NCBI RefSeq assembly: GCF_009914755.1
Contig: NC_060930.1
Direction: 5' to 3' (one strand)
Length of the DNA stretch: 64,000 nt
Source of the DNA: the human T2T-CHM13v2.0 reference genome, Homo sapiens
Shown here: positions 32,906 through 45,817 of the stretch, one piece after another
How the letters are laid out: every line of letters starts with the position of its first letter
Numbering within the stretch: the stretch's first letter is position 1
Notes under the pieces: generated by a model
Seen by the model: the letters and a program-made list of their open reading frames with translations, nothing else
What the model was told of the DNA's origin: nothing
Databases searched by the model: none
Translations under genes and position numbers: made by a program

Positions 32906-33297
32906 TCGCATGTGACACTACTTCACGCCTGTTCAGCCCCGGCATGGATGGGATTGGCGGGCATCCCCTGCAGAGCTCTTCCTGAGTCCTGTCTGTTGCA
33001 GCGCTGGGGCCCATCCCTGGTCACCGGGCAGCAGAGGCAGCGTTCTCAGGCAGAATCGCAGGGCGCCAAGCCTGTGACGGAGGGTGCAGGACGGTTGCCG
33101 TGCGCTCTGCTCTCAGACTCTCCCGAGGACCCTCACTTGGGGCTCCAAGAGGAAACCTCACAGCAGGGCACAGCTGGGGCAGCTGGATCTGCAGGAGGCC
33201 ATTTTGCGATTCTTCATTTGCATGTTTCAAGTCAAATGAGTATCCAGCTTACTAATCCTGAGTTAATCCTGAGTTACTGTAAGACTGACTTCCTTAT

Positions 33298-33659
33298 TGA
33301 TATGGTTTGGCTGTGTCCCCACCCAAATCGCATCTTGAATTGTAGTTCTCATAATCTTCCTGTGCTGTGAGAGTGAGCCGGTGGGAGGTGACTGAATCAC
33401 GGGGGTGGTTCCCCCATCCAGTTCTCATGATAGTGAGAGAGTTCTCATGAGATCTGATGGTTTTATAAGGCACTTCCCCCTTCGCTGGGCACTCATTCTC
33501 TCTCCTGCCACCCTGTGAAGAGGTGCCTTCTGCCATGACTGTAAGTTTCCTGAGGCCTCCCCAGCCATGTGGAACTGTGAGTCAATTAAACCTCTTTCCT
33601 TTATAAATTACCAAGTCTTGGGTATGTCTTTATTAGCAGCGTGAGAACAGACTAATATG
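33298..33659 (+). mobile_element. THE1-family (MaLR) solo LTR, antisense to FRMD1
   Basis: Starts TGATATGGTTTGGCTGTGTCCCCACCCAAATC, ends gtgagaacagactaata; ~360 bp; (c/a)TTAT flanks. Confidence 0.93.
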
Positions 33660-33782
33660 ATTATTGTCTGCTTAACTTGGTGAGGGGCAGGCCCCACAAT
33701 GACGGTAACACAGATCTTCAGTGAGGGTCTTCCCAGCCCATCCCTTTCGAATAACTGGGCTTGACACATATTTGGTTGAATA

Positions 33783-34490
33783 CAGGGTTCCTGTCTAACT
33801 GCAGACACAGGTGTGCACACACTCCAATAGAGCGTTCCCTGTCTAACTACAGATACACACGAGTATACACCCCAATAGAGGGTTCCTGTCCAACTGTAGA
33901 TACGGATGCGTGCACACCCCAACAGAGGGTTCCTGTCCAACTGCAGACACAGATGCATGCACACCCCAACAGAGGGTTCCTCTCCTACTGCAGACTCAGA
34001 TGCATGCACACCCCAACAGAGGGTTGCTGTCCTACTGCAGACAGAGATGTGTGCACACACCAACAGAGGGTTCCTCTCCTACTGCAGACACAGATGCATG
34101 CACATCTGATAGAGGGTTCCTCTCCTACTGCAGACACAGATGTGTGCACACCTCAATAGGGGGTTTCTGTCCAACTGCAGACACAGATGTGCACACACTC
34201 CGATGGGGGGGGGGTTCTTGTCTAACTGCAGACATAGACGACTGCAAACCCCAATGAGGGGTTCCTGTCCAACTGCAGACACAGATGTGCACACACCCTG
34301 TGGGGGGGTTCCTGTCTAACTGCAGACATAGATGACTGCACAACCCAGTGAGGGGTTCCTGTCCAACTGCAGACACAGATGTGCACACACCCTGTGGGGG
34401 GGTTCCTGTCTAACTGCAGACATAGATGACTGCACAACCCAGTGAGGGGTTCCTGTCCAACTGCAGACACAGATGTGCGCACACCCCGAT
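33783..34490. repeat. Minisatellite, ~15 copies of ~47 bp (GAGGGTTCCTGTCCAACTGCAGACACAGATGTGCACACACCCCAACA), FRMD1 intron 1
   Basis: Direct tandem repetition with variant units. Confidence 0.95.
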
Positions 34491-35429
34491 AGGAAGTGGC
34501 TCTGTGGTTGCCAACTTGCCAGGCCCAGCAGGGGCCACAGGAGTTGCAGAGGCACTTCAGGGAGCTCCGTCAAAAGCAGATGAGCACGATTCACCTGTTC
34601 AGAACAGGCGGTTCACTATGTTCTAGCTGCATGATCCCTCAGTTAAAATCTTACCGTGAAGTTCCGTGCAAGAAACCTAAAAGTTCCAGCTCTTATGGGG
34701 TAGGGGGCCAAAGCCCCAGCATCTTCCCCACAACAGGTCCTCTTATGACCCCTCCCCCAGCCCGAGGCACTGCTGGGGACCCCAGGAAACTACAGGACAT
34801 CCCCCATTAGCTCAACTCCAGCTTCTCGTTGCTGGGTGGGGACACAGAGTCTTGGGGAAGATTTTGCCACAAACATAGATGTGGGCGTTTACGTAAACAC
34901 AGAACTCTATCCCGAAGCAGACAAGAGACTCCCAGATTCCCAGGGGACTTGAACCAGGATATTACTAGCAAGTCATACTCCATTCCAGGTAGCAATGATA
35001 CATTAGCTATGCAGAAAGTCATCGTTCTTCAACAAACCACTCTCATTTTAATTGCCACATTTTCATTATCCACATTAATCATTAAAATGAAAGTACCATC
35101 TCAACTCCTGTCGCCATGAACTCAACTAAAACAGGTAGACAAAATGGGGGAAAGGGAAAAGAAAAGGAAATAGAGAAGCATAGAGATGGTGACGTCTGAA
35201 CACAAGACAGGAGCTGCTCCTTGGAAACCGGCTTCCTGGCGCTCTTCCCTCAGCGCTCCCTCCCGGGAAGGATGTGCTGAACCATAAACTTATTTCTCAC
35301 AGCAACGTCTATCAGGGATGTTTCCTTCACAGGCCCAGTGAAAGGGCTGGCCCTTGACACCTCACAGACACCTGGCCTAAGCAGAGTGAGGCGGTCCAGG
35401 GACTTTCCATACACAGGCTGTGTCCTGAG

Positions 35430-36242
<813 letters not shown>

Positions 36243-37045
36243 TCAGGCTGGGCACCCGCCATGCAGCACTCCCATGCAGGGTAGCTCAGCAGCCAGCCTC
36301 GGTGTGGGCCCCGTGAGAACCAGGCTGGGGGAGACAGGACCCAACTCCTCCACCTGACAACCCCTATCTCCTCAGGGTGCCTGCTCCTTCTTCTATAATG
36401 TGGAGAGGGCTATGCAAACCCCATGGGCACAGATGCCAGAGCCAGGGCTGCTGGGGAAGATGGAGCAGCAGCAGGGCAGGACGAGGAGGGCGGGAGGAAG
36501 GCAGCCTGGGTGGGCACCCTGCCCCACACACCTCCTGTGGCATCTGTTATCGACCTCAGGAAGCAGCACAGCTGCCGTTCCTGGACAGGTTCTGCCAGGA
36601 GGGACCCTGGCTCCCTTTAGGGGCTGGAAACTGAGGACACTTCCTTCCTTGTCCAGGGCCAGCAAATCCCTTCCTGCCTGCAGCAGCTGGAAGGCCAGAA
36701 AGGGGGTCCTGGCTTGCGTGGACAGCAGCCGGGTGCATCAGCACGAGGGGTGGGGACATCTCCCGCAGGGCCTGGAACCCCTGAGGCCGCTCAGCAGAGA
36801 TGAGCAACGCCTTCGAGCTCTTTGGCACAGTGTTAGGTGGGGAAGGGACCCCAGGATCCTGCCTGGCCCTGGGACCACCCAGACCTTTGGGCGCTGCAGG
36901 TCAGGAGAGGCAGTTCCCACGGGCCTGGGCTGTGGAATTCTGTCCTCAGCCGTGAGCTCCATCAGTTTCCTGCCATGGAGTCTGGGATGCTCTGGGACCT
37001 TCCTCTAGTAAGGGGTCTGGACCTCCGGACGGGCCGTTGTTCATC

Positions 37046-37138
37046 TTAGGAAATTCGCACTCCAGCCGCCTTAAGGCCTGGCCCGGTGGGTTTAGGAAAT
37101 TCGCACTCCAGCCGCCCTAAGGCCCGGCCCGGTGGGTT
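37046..37138. repeat. Two-copy 46-bp tandem duplication
   Basis: ttaggaaattcgcactccagccgccYtaaggccYggcccggtgggtt twice. Confidence 0.9.
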
Positions 37139-37717
37139 GAGAAGATTTAGGAGGCTTAGGCCTCACCTCCCCCGGACCCTGGACTGACACTGGCTCCCTC
37201 CCTCCCTCCCTCCGCTCAGATCCAGACCCTTCCCAGACCCTCGAGGCCACACATGTGTGCCCAAGACAGCAGTGGCGGTCTCTTTTCTCTCCACAGCAAA
37301 CGTAGAGCTGTTCACTATGGAAGATGTGGGGATCCCTTTAGCTGAGAGCACAAAAAGTTTTAAAAATGGCAAAAAAACCACAAAAAAAAACAGCCCCAGA
37401 GAGCAGAGGCTGGATCCTCATGGCCCTGTGCCACTGGCGCCTGAGCAGCTCGTCCCTGTGCCGGGTGCCCTCAGCCGCTGCCTGGAGTCACAGTGCCGGC
37501 GTATCAGGAAGGGCGGCAGCAGCTGCACCTCTCAGGATGCCTGGGCGCAGGACAGTGGCAGAGGGCAGGCAGGGGCCAGGGTTGGGGGGTGGCAGAACAC
37601 CACCGGCACACACAGCACAGAGGGGACAACAGGCACCAGGACCCCTCGGTGGGGAGAGCCGGGGACACGGTGGGGAGTTGTGCTGGGTGCACTAATGATC
37701 AAAGCGATGGTTCCCCA

Positions 37718-37820
37718 CGTGTGTGCAGGTGCTGGTGTGTGCGGGCGCTGGTTTGTGCGGGCGCTGGTGTGTGTGGGCGCTGGTGTGTGCGGGTGCTGGT
37801 GTGTGTGGGCGCTGGTGTGT
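37718..37820. repeat. 17-bp minisatellite (GCTGGTGTGTGTGGGC-type), ~6 copies
   Basis: Direct tandem repetition. Confidence 0.9.
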
Positions 37821-39499
37821 GTGGGCGCTGGTGTGTACAGGTGACCGTGGGCCAATGAGCTCCAAACATCATTAGTGAGAAGAAAAGGAAAAGGAATGGA
37901 AACTCCACATTTGTATTGATAAACACAATAAATGGATTCTTGTCAAAGCAGGACGTCCCTGGCCCCAGCTCCTTCCTTCCCACCCAGAGTCTCAGGGCCA
38001 CACCGTTGAGGTTCAGACCTCCAGTGAAGGCCGCCGTCCATCTGAGTGCCAGGGAGAGCTGGGCTTGGGAAGCCCCCGTTGTATTCCTGGGAGAGCGCGG
38101 CTTTTTCCTGAAAACGTGCTGAGGCTCCAAGGCAAGGGTGGTCGCCATGAGTACCTCCCGCCAGGGCACTGAGGGGACACCAGAACCTCTGTCCTCAGCT
38201 CATCAAGAAGACAACTTTGCACCCTGAGAAGGCAGAGGCGTGACCGGGCCCCAACACTGACCCCACCTCTGAATGTCTTGTCTTCTCGACTGGCCTGTTC
38301 GTGATGGAAGAGGCTGGCCTGCCACGTTCGTGATGTCAGGGCCGGGCAGTGGACGGGCAGAGGCCGCGAGGAAGAGGAGACCACCGCCCAGATCTCCTCA
38401 TGGCTGAGCCCTGGAGTCCTCCTCGGCCCAACTCTCTCTTCTTCTGGACGGCTGGTTTCCATCCTCTATCATGAGATAGATAGAGGCCTGCTGAGAACAT
38501 TCTAGAACTCAAGCTTCGGAGCTCTAGGTCCACAAAGCACAGGTTTTGGAAAACAATGTGGGAATGCTGTTCCGTGGTGAGAAGGAAGGCAGAACTGACA
38601 CAGGCACAGGACTAAACATCCCACTGCAAGGGAGAAGCTGGATGCAAAAGGCCGGGCTCCATTCCGAGACATCCAGCAAAGGCAGCATCTTCGGGGCCAG
38701 GGAGCTGGCAGCAGGGACTGCAGAGGGGCGAGGTGTCCTCTGGGGGTGGTCGGATGGCAGTGATGGCTGCACAGTTCCTAAATGCTCTGAAGTTTATGAA
38801 ACATTTCGCTTTAGAGGAATATATTTTACAGTATGCAAACTATATCTCAATAAAGCTGTTAAAATACACAAGTTATAAAACAGTCACGCAAAAAGCCTTC
38901 AAGATACGGCAGGAAGTGCACCTGTGCGCCATAGGTCAACCCATTCCACCATGTGGGCGTGAGTGTGAGACACGTGGGTGCTGTGTGAGGGTGTGCCTGT
39001 GTGGATGTGAGTGGGCACATGCTTGCACACGTATGTTCACATGCAGCCTTCATGTCCGGGAATGCTAGGGCTGCCCACCTCTCCTCCACGTCCTCCTCTG
39101 CACAATCAGCAACACCGACTGATCCCTTTCTGCACGTCACAGACCCAGGCGAGGCCCTTTACCGACTCGGCTGCGATGGCCGCAACACCCAGTCTGTGGA
39201 TGAGGAGTCTGGGCTCAGAGGCCAAGCTGCTCAGTGAGTGGCCAGCCGGGGTCTTGCTCCATGCTCAGCCTCCACCCCCACCATCGAGCCTGTACTCTGC
39301 TCTCTCCCTTCGGCCACCCGACCCCTCCTGGCTGAAATCCAAAAAGAAACCCGGTGTCTGCTGGAAGGAGCCCAGGGGTGCCCGCTGGGTCCCCAGGAGG
39401 TCCCTGCTGTCCGTCAGCACTGCGAGGGCTTCTCGCCGTGCTCAGTAACACACTTCCTCTCCTTGCATGTTTTCCCAGAAAAGAATGTTGGCCAGATGC

Positions 39500-39570
39500 A
39501 GCACATTTTACTCCTTTGGTAAGTAGGGAAACTGAGGCACACAGCAGCTAAGTGACTTGTTCAGGGCCCC
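39500..39570 (-). mobile_element. MIR fragment
   Basis: gggaaactgaggcacacagcagctaagtgacttgttcaggg is the MIR core. Confidence 0.6.
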
Positions 39571-42500
39571 AGGCTCCAGGATTCCCGAGACCCACCGCAA
39601 AGCTCCTCCCCGAATCTACTGACCCCCTCTTCAGAAATCATCTCAGAAAAGAGAGTTCATTCTTATGAACAAACCACGAAAGCCTCGTCTTCTGGGATGA
39701 CTGAGGCTGGTATCTGGGAGATGCATCATCTGACTTTTGCTGCTCTGCCCAAGCGGATAGTGCAGGGCCTGGGTTGGGGTGCGCAGCAGGGTACAGGGCC
39801 TGGGGCAAGGTGGGCAGGGTGCTCCCCACCCCAGTTCTTCCCCAGGCACTGCAGGGTCCAGGTTGGGTGGCTTGTGAGTGTCCCAGGCAGCCACAGGAGC
39901 TGAGGAATCCAAGCCTGGCCCAGGGGCAGATGCTCTGAGGAGCCCCTCACCCGTGGTGAGTTTACATGTGGAGCGCCGGAGGTGCTTGCCAGAAAGGAAG
40001 GAAAAGGGCAGCTGGAGACAGCCCTGCGGAAGCCACGGGGCCGTATTTATTCACCACCTGCTCAGACCTCGTAAGGTCCACGAACACCCTCAGCCCAGTA
40101 AACAGGGTGGGAGGGTGCAGGGCCCAAGCCCATCACCCGTCTCTGTGGTGCTAGCTTCTTGGTCTTCCAAACTGACCTTTGGCTGTTGAGAAAGGTCAGT
40201 GATGCACTGCAGGGTGTCTCTGCTGTCTCAGACAGGATGGGCGCTGGAAAGGCCGTGACCTGCCTGCCTTATTTATCTTAGCAGCAGGAAGGGTAAGGCA
40301 TTCCTGCAGGTGAGGCAGCGGTGCCGGCAGGAACCGCCCCAACCGAACTTCAAAAAGTGATTCAGAGAAAGGAGCCGCTGTGAACTAAGTGCCATGAAAC
40401 CAGAACAATCTCCCATCGACTTGAATGAGAGGTTAAATCAACAAATTAACCCCAACGGGAAAGATGACGGAGAAGTCTGCCTGTTAGGACACTCCATGGG
40501 AGGAGGGCGTGAAGGGCAGCTGTGCACTCCCCATCAGGTGGCTGGGCACAGAGCAGACTTGAAAGGCCCCTCTGCCCCTTGGGAGACAGGGTGGCCAGTC
40601 CCAGGGAATGGGGCCGGCAGGGCTGGGGCCCCAGCCTTCAGGTGTGGACAGCCTCCCTGGCAAACACACATCTATCTGGGATCTGGAAAGTGTGACTTTC
40701 ATCCTGTCCCTGGCCGGGGAAGACAGCAGAGCCAGGAGGGCAGGAAGATGGCTTACTGATGGCTTATTTCCTTCTCTTTTTGATGAGATGGGGAGGAGAT
40801 CTCTCCCTTTCCAGCCTTTAATGTAAATCAATTTACTTGTTACAAAGTCTCATCTTATTTAAGGCTTCCTAAATGAGGGTCTCCCACACCTGGCCCCTCT
40901 ACTGAAGCCTCACTGCAGGCCTGGGGACAGAGGGTACCCCGAGTCCTGTGGGTCCAAACTGAGGAAGAATAGCCTGCAGCTTCTAGCAACTCCCACGGCC
41001 TCCCAGGTGCAAGTTGTGAGGTGTCTTCTTGGGAGAAGACTAGAGACGGCAGGTGGGGTGAAGGAGAACCCCGTTTTCAGGGGTCTGCCTCTTCCTATTG
41101 GAAACAGCTCACCCCTGGGAGCTCCCCAGCTTCTAGGGATTAGACGGAAGCCTGGGGCATCATGAAGGCATGAAACCCATGCTTTAGTTAGAAAGGAAAA
41201 AGGATTAGGAGCCTCCAGGGCAGGTGGGGAAGGTAAGTTATTTCTTAGCACTGCGCGTGTCGGATTATGATGGACAGTGTATTTGTGTGTCTTCAGTTAA
41301 ACACATTAACTGCTGAATTAAAAAAGCCATAGAGAGCCAACAATTACAGAATGCCCCTGACATGCTGCTCCTGCCATCTGTTAGAGGAGAACAAATCCCA
41401 CAAAGAAGGGGGCTGGACGGCAGGGTTTTGGGGTGCCCCTGGACCAAGAAGAAAACCCCAGAGATGCAGTCTCGTGGGGGAGGTGCATTGAGCTTGGTCC
41501 CCAGACTGCCTCTTCCCGTGGGCCCTCCCTGTGCTGCTCCCAAACAAAGGCAGGCGTGCAGGACCCGGCTCCCTCCGTGAGAGCGCCTGCAGCCCCGCTG
41601 GCTCAAACTCACCTGCCCTTTGGAATGACAAGTGTGCGGAATTTTGTAGGGAAAAAGCCCTCTTGTCCCTTCTGTGTTATCCTCCCAAGACCAAGACTGA
41701 CTCTGAGACCAGGACATAGCAGGCGTCCCATGGTCGAGAGGTCCCGCCTCCCACCTCATTCCTCCCCATCACAGGGAGAGAGCAAGGCCTGCCCCAAATG
41801 AGGGTGGCAACCAAACAGCCACAGCAGGGGGCTGGCAGCAGAAAAGGTTGAGGGGCTGCAGCAGCGGAGTGGGCTGCTGGGGGAGGGCGGGACCCACTGC
41901 AGGCCCCGTGGACGTGGGTGTCACTCCCTCCCGTGTTCCTGGTCTGTGCCAAGCAGACACATTCCCACAAAGGGCTGGCAGGTCCCTCCACCACCACTGA
42001 GCTCCACAGTCCCCAGCTTCTGGTTATAAGGAATATTTGGAGCAGTCGGTTGGCCCCGAATAGAGTCCCTGAGCCAGGCAGTCATTAACTGCAGACCAGG
42101 ATGCAGGGGTGACCTGGATCCTAGAGAACTAGAAAGGCCCCAACCTGAGGGCCTGTGGGGAGCCAGGCCATTCTCACCTGATGCACAGTGTGGAAGCTGC
42201 AGGAACTGACTCCACCAGGCCTTCCAGAAAGTGGCAGCCGCCTGGCTCAGGATGGCCAACACTCCAGCCTCCCTCCACATGGCCACAGTGAGGCCGCCTG
42301 GAGGGAGGGAGACCTTGTGGCGGGGACATCGGAGGAGCCCTCTCAAAGGCTTGGGACAGCTGTGGGGGGCCTCTGGGCACTCCAGCCCCTGGGAATGTGC
42401 CCCTCTTGCCATTTCTATGAATGGCCACCCACAGCCACACGCCCCACCATGGCTCCCCAGGACGGGCCACTGGGCTCCAGGGGGTGTGCAGAGGAGGTCG

Positions 42501-42634
42501 GTCACTTTCAATGAAGCCACAACCTCTGTGAGAACAAAGGGACCAAGGAGGCCTGGACGGAAGGGCGTGGCCACCAGCATGGCCACCGTGAGAACTGCAG
42601 GGGGATCTGCAACTGCCTCCCAGGTGTCCCTGCT

Positions 42635-42762
42635 CCAAAGCCTTCCATGGCTCCCTATCGCCCAGCCACAGCATCCAAAGCCTTCCATGGCTCCCTATCG
42701 CCCAGCCATAGCATCCAAAGCCTTCCATGGCTCCCTATCGCCCAGCCACAGCATCCAAAGCC
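42635..42762. repeat. 40-bp tandem repeat, 3 copies
   Basis: tccaaagccttccatggctccctatcgcccagccaYagca x3. Confidence 0.92.
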
Positions 42763-43004
42763 CGTGTGGTCCCTCGGCACACCGCAGAGCTGCAGGACTA
42801 GGGCAGAACTTCTGGAATGTTGTGCTGGGTGCTAATGGTGAATCACTTCAAAATTCAAAGTTTGGCGAAAAAGTGCAAAGAGTAGAACATAGAATTCACA
42901 CACATTAAACAGAGTGGCCCCGTACCTCCCTGTCATGAGGGCTCCGTGGGATGCTGCCTGCCTTCCGGCCCTGGAGCCACCCCATCCCCAGCAGGGACGC
43001 CAGC

Positions 43005-43556
43005 CATGTCCCCAGCGTGGACACCTATACCCCAGCATGGATACCACCAATGTCCCAGCATGGATGCCCACATTCCCAGTGTGGACACTGCCCATGTTCC
43101 AGCATGGACACCCACATCTTCAGTGTGGACACCCGCGTCCCCAGCATGGACACCCGCGTCCCCAGCATGGACACTGCCCACGTTCCAGCATGGACACCCA
43201 CATCTTCAGTGTGGACACCCGTGTGGACACCCATGTGCCCAGTGTGGACACTGCCCATGTTCCAGCATGATGCCCACATCTTCAGTGTGGACACCTACAC
43301 CCCTAGCATGGATGCCCATGTCCCAACATGGACACTGCCCACGTTCCAGCATGGACACCCACATTTTCAGTGTGGACACCCACATCCACAGCGTGGACAC
43401 TGCCCATGTTCCAGCATGGACACCCACATCTTCAGTGTGGACACCCACGTGCCCAGTGTGGACACTGCCCATGTTCCAGCATGGATACCCACATCTTCAG
43501 TGTGGACACCCATGTCCCCAGCATGGATGCCGCCCATGTTCCCACTGTGGACATGG
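43005..43556. repeat. Hierarchical minisatellite of ~20-21-bp CAG(C/T)(A/G)TGGACAC-headed subunits
   Basis: Three subunit types (..ccacatctt, ..tgcccatgttc, ..ccatgtccc) cycling with ~61-bp super-period. Confidence 0.93.
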
Positions 43557-43954
43557 GCCACTGGCTGTGCCTGATCATGCATCCCTTGGGCCGTCGTCTG
43601 TCACCCCCCTCGGCATCCCCATACTGCTGTCCTTGTGGAACAAGCTGGGCTTCTCCCTGTCTCCCCACACTGGATGGCACGATGTTCCATGGAAACTGTG
43701 GGGGCCGGGGTGAAGCCCATGTGACCCCGTTCTGCTCTGGTTTGTGCCCTTGGGCACCTGTTAGCCAGGACCTTTGCTCTTTGCCTGGAGTGAGCCACCC
43801 TCCTCCTTGAGGCCTGATGGAGTGACCCAGCCGCCTCAGAGAGCAGTCCCCGATTCTGTGGTCACCTCAGCCCTGCGCTCACCAGCCACTCACCTCTCCC
43901 CGCTCACACTCCCTTGGGCCTGGTTTTCAACCACTGATTTCAGTCTTGTTTCAC

Positions 43955-44250
43955 TTTTTTTTTTTTCTTCATGTGGTGTCTTGCTCTGTTGCCCAGGCTG
44001 GAATGCAGTGGTGTGGGCTTGGCTCACTGTAACCCCTGCCTCCTGGCTCAAGCGATTCTCCCATCCCAGACCCCTGAGCAGCTGGGACCACAGGCGGGAG
44101 CCACCATGCCCAGCTAATGTTTTGTATTTTTTGGTAGACACAGGGTTTCTCCATGTTGCCCAGACCGGTCTCTACCTCCTGACCTCAAATGATCTGCCAA
44201 CCTCGCCTCCCAAAGTGCTGGGATTACAGGCATGAGCCACTGTGCCCGAA
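43955..44250 (-). mobile_element. Alu (old, AluJ-like)
   Basis: Antisense Alu; TSD CTT(G/A)TTTCAC at 43945-43954 and 44251-44260. Confidence 0.93.
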
Positions 44251-45723
44251 CTTATTTCACCTTTTTATGTGAGAAATTTTGCAGACAGTGCAAATGATTC
44301 CTCCTACAGAGTGGGGTACATGTTGGTCAGCAGAGTCTCCCACTCCGATAACAATGTCAGTCAACCCAGGTGCACAGAGAGGTTAAAGGGCCCTGTCAGC
44401 CGCACATCGTGAGACGGCTCTGTGGGGAGAACGCAGGCTGCTGTCCAGGTGAGGGTGCAGTGGCCCTCCTCCCACCACTCAGAGCTCTGACCTGCGTGGA
44501 CTGGCGTGTGCAATGCGTGCGCTGGCATGTGAGATGCACGGGCTGGCGTGTGGAGCATGTGAGATGTGAGGACATCCCACTCCCAGGCTCTCAGGCTACT
44601 CTCTGGGGAGATTGGGCTCCTGGGTCACGTCCCTTAAAGAGGGGCTGAAGCAGGACCCATTCCTAGGTCCATCCCCTTCTACCGCTGTTCCCAGGGTCCC
44701 CAAGGACGCTGACCTCACCACCCGTCTGGGCACGGAGACCCCCGGACCCTCACACTTCCACCCCTCTCATGGTGCTTCCAACCCTGGCCCCAGATCACAG
44801 ATTGAGAACCTCAGGACCTGGGAGGGGCGGCATGAGCCAGCAGGTCAGACACAGAGTGTCAGTGAGGGCGGGGCTCTGTGTGTGCTCCCAGCAGGGCCTC
44901 TCAGCCCCTGGGACCCTGCCCCGAAAAGGCTCTCTCCCTCTGGTTCCGAGTCTCCCCCGCAGGCCCTCACCCCACAACAAGCTGGGGGTTAGGGCGCTCT
45001 TCGTTCCCATCTTAGAGATAAGAAAGCCGGGGCTGAGAGAAGCTGGTGGGGGACGTCAGGGCCCATGCTGCCTCTGGGATGCTCCGGCTGGGGTCTCAGG
45101 GTGGGGACTATGTGAGCCCGAAGACTGCAGCCACCACCCTCCCGCCGTCACCTGCCCCTGCTGGGAGGCAGAGGCCCCTGGGTGCTCGGGTTCAGTGCCT
45201 GCTCTCCAGAGTCATTGGATTTTATTCTTGGAAAGAAACTGCGGGCGGGGGAGTGGCCGGGAGGCAAGGCGAGCACAAAGGCCTCTCAGCTGCTACTGCT
45301 GCCTCAGCTCTGGACTTTTCCCCTCCACCCAGAGGGCAGATGCTTGGAATTCTCCCTGCTGCCTCCCCCGGCATCTGATCTTCTCAGGCATAAACACTCG
45401 CCTTGTGGGACCTCAGCTGCTGCCGCTGTTAACTCAGCACTAAAAAGTGCTCTAACCTCCTGGAAGGAAGACAGGAGCTGTGAACCCATCAGGACCAGAG
45501 GGCCAGAGGCTCAGGCAGGGTCAGCTGCAGCCAGGCAGGTGGGAGGGCTGTGTAGAGAGAACCCCCAGGCTACCCTGTCACTCCTGTCCCAGGCAGGAGG
45601 GCTTTGTAGACAGAACCCCCAGGCTACCCTCTTACTGCTGTCCCCTGCACACAGCACCAGCTAGCACAAGCCTTCCACTGCAAGGCAAATGTTAACTCTC
45701 ATAAACACATGCGCTACTAACCA

Positions 45724-45817
45724 GGTGTCCGTGTGACCCACCGGCCTGCCTGTCAACCTCCCCACTCCTTGTGTCCGTGTGACCCACCGGCCTGCCTGTC
45801 AACCTCCCCACTCCTTG
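45724..45817. repeat. Two-copy 46-bp exact tandem duplication
   Basis: gtgtccgtgtgacccaccggcctgcctgtcaacctccccactcctt twice; a looser two-copy ~58-bp repeat lies at 45535-45640. Confidence 0.9.

Noticed and set aside
32459-33370. 303-aa + strand ORF
   Set aside because: Runs through the 22-bp repeat and into a THE1 LTR; no coding signature
38013-38462. ATG-initiated ORF (METSRPEEE...) as a further upstream FRMD1 coding exon
   Set aside because: Its plausible donor (AGAG|GTGGGG) is phase 1, and I found no convincing phase-compatible acceptor into exon 1 or exon 2; unsupported without transcript data
43005-43556. Constant head plus variable tail pattern resembling a CRISPR array (also 1046-1592 and 33783-34490)
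   Set aside because: The putative spacers are themselves repeated and short, there are no cas genes, and the context is human with Alus; these are minisatellites
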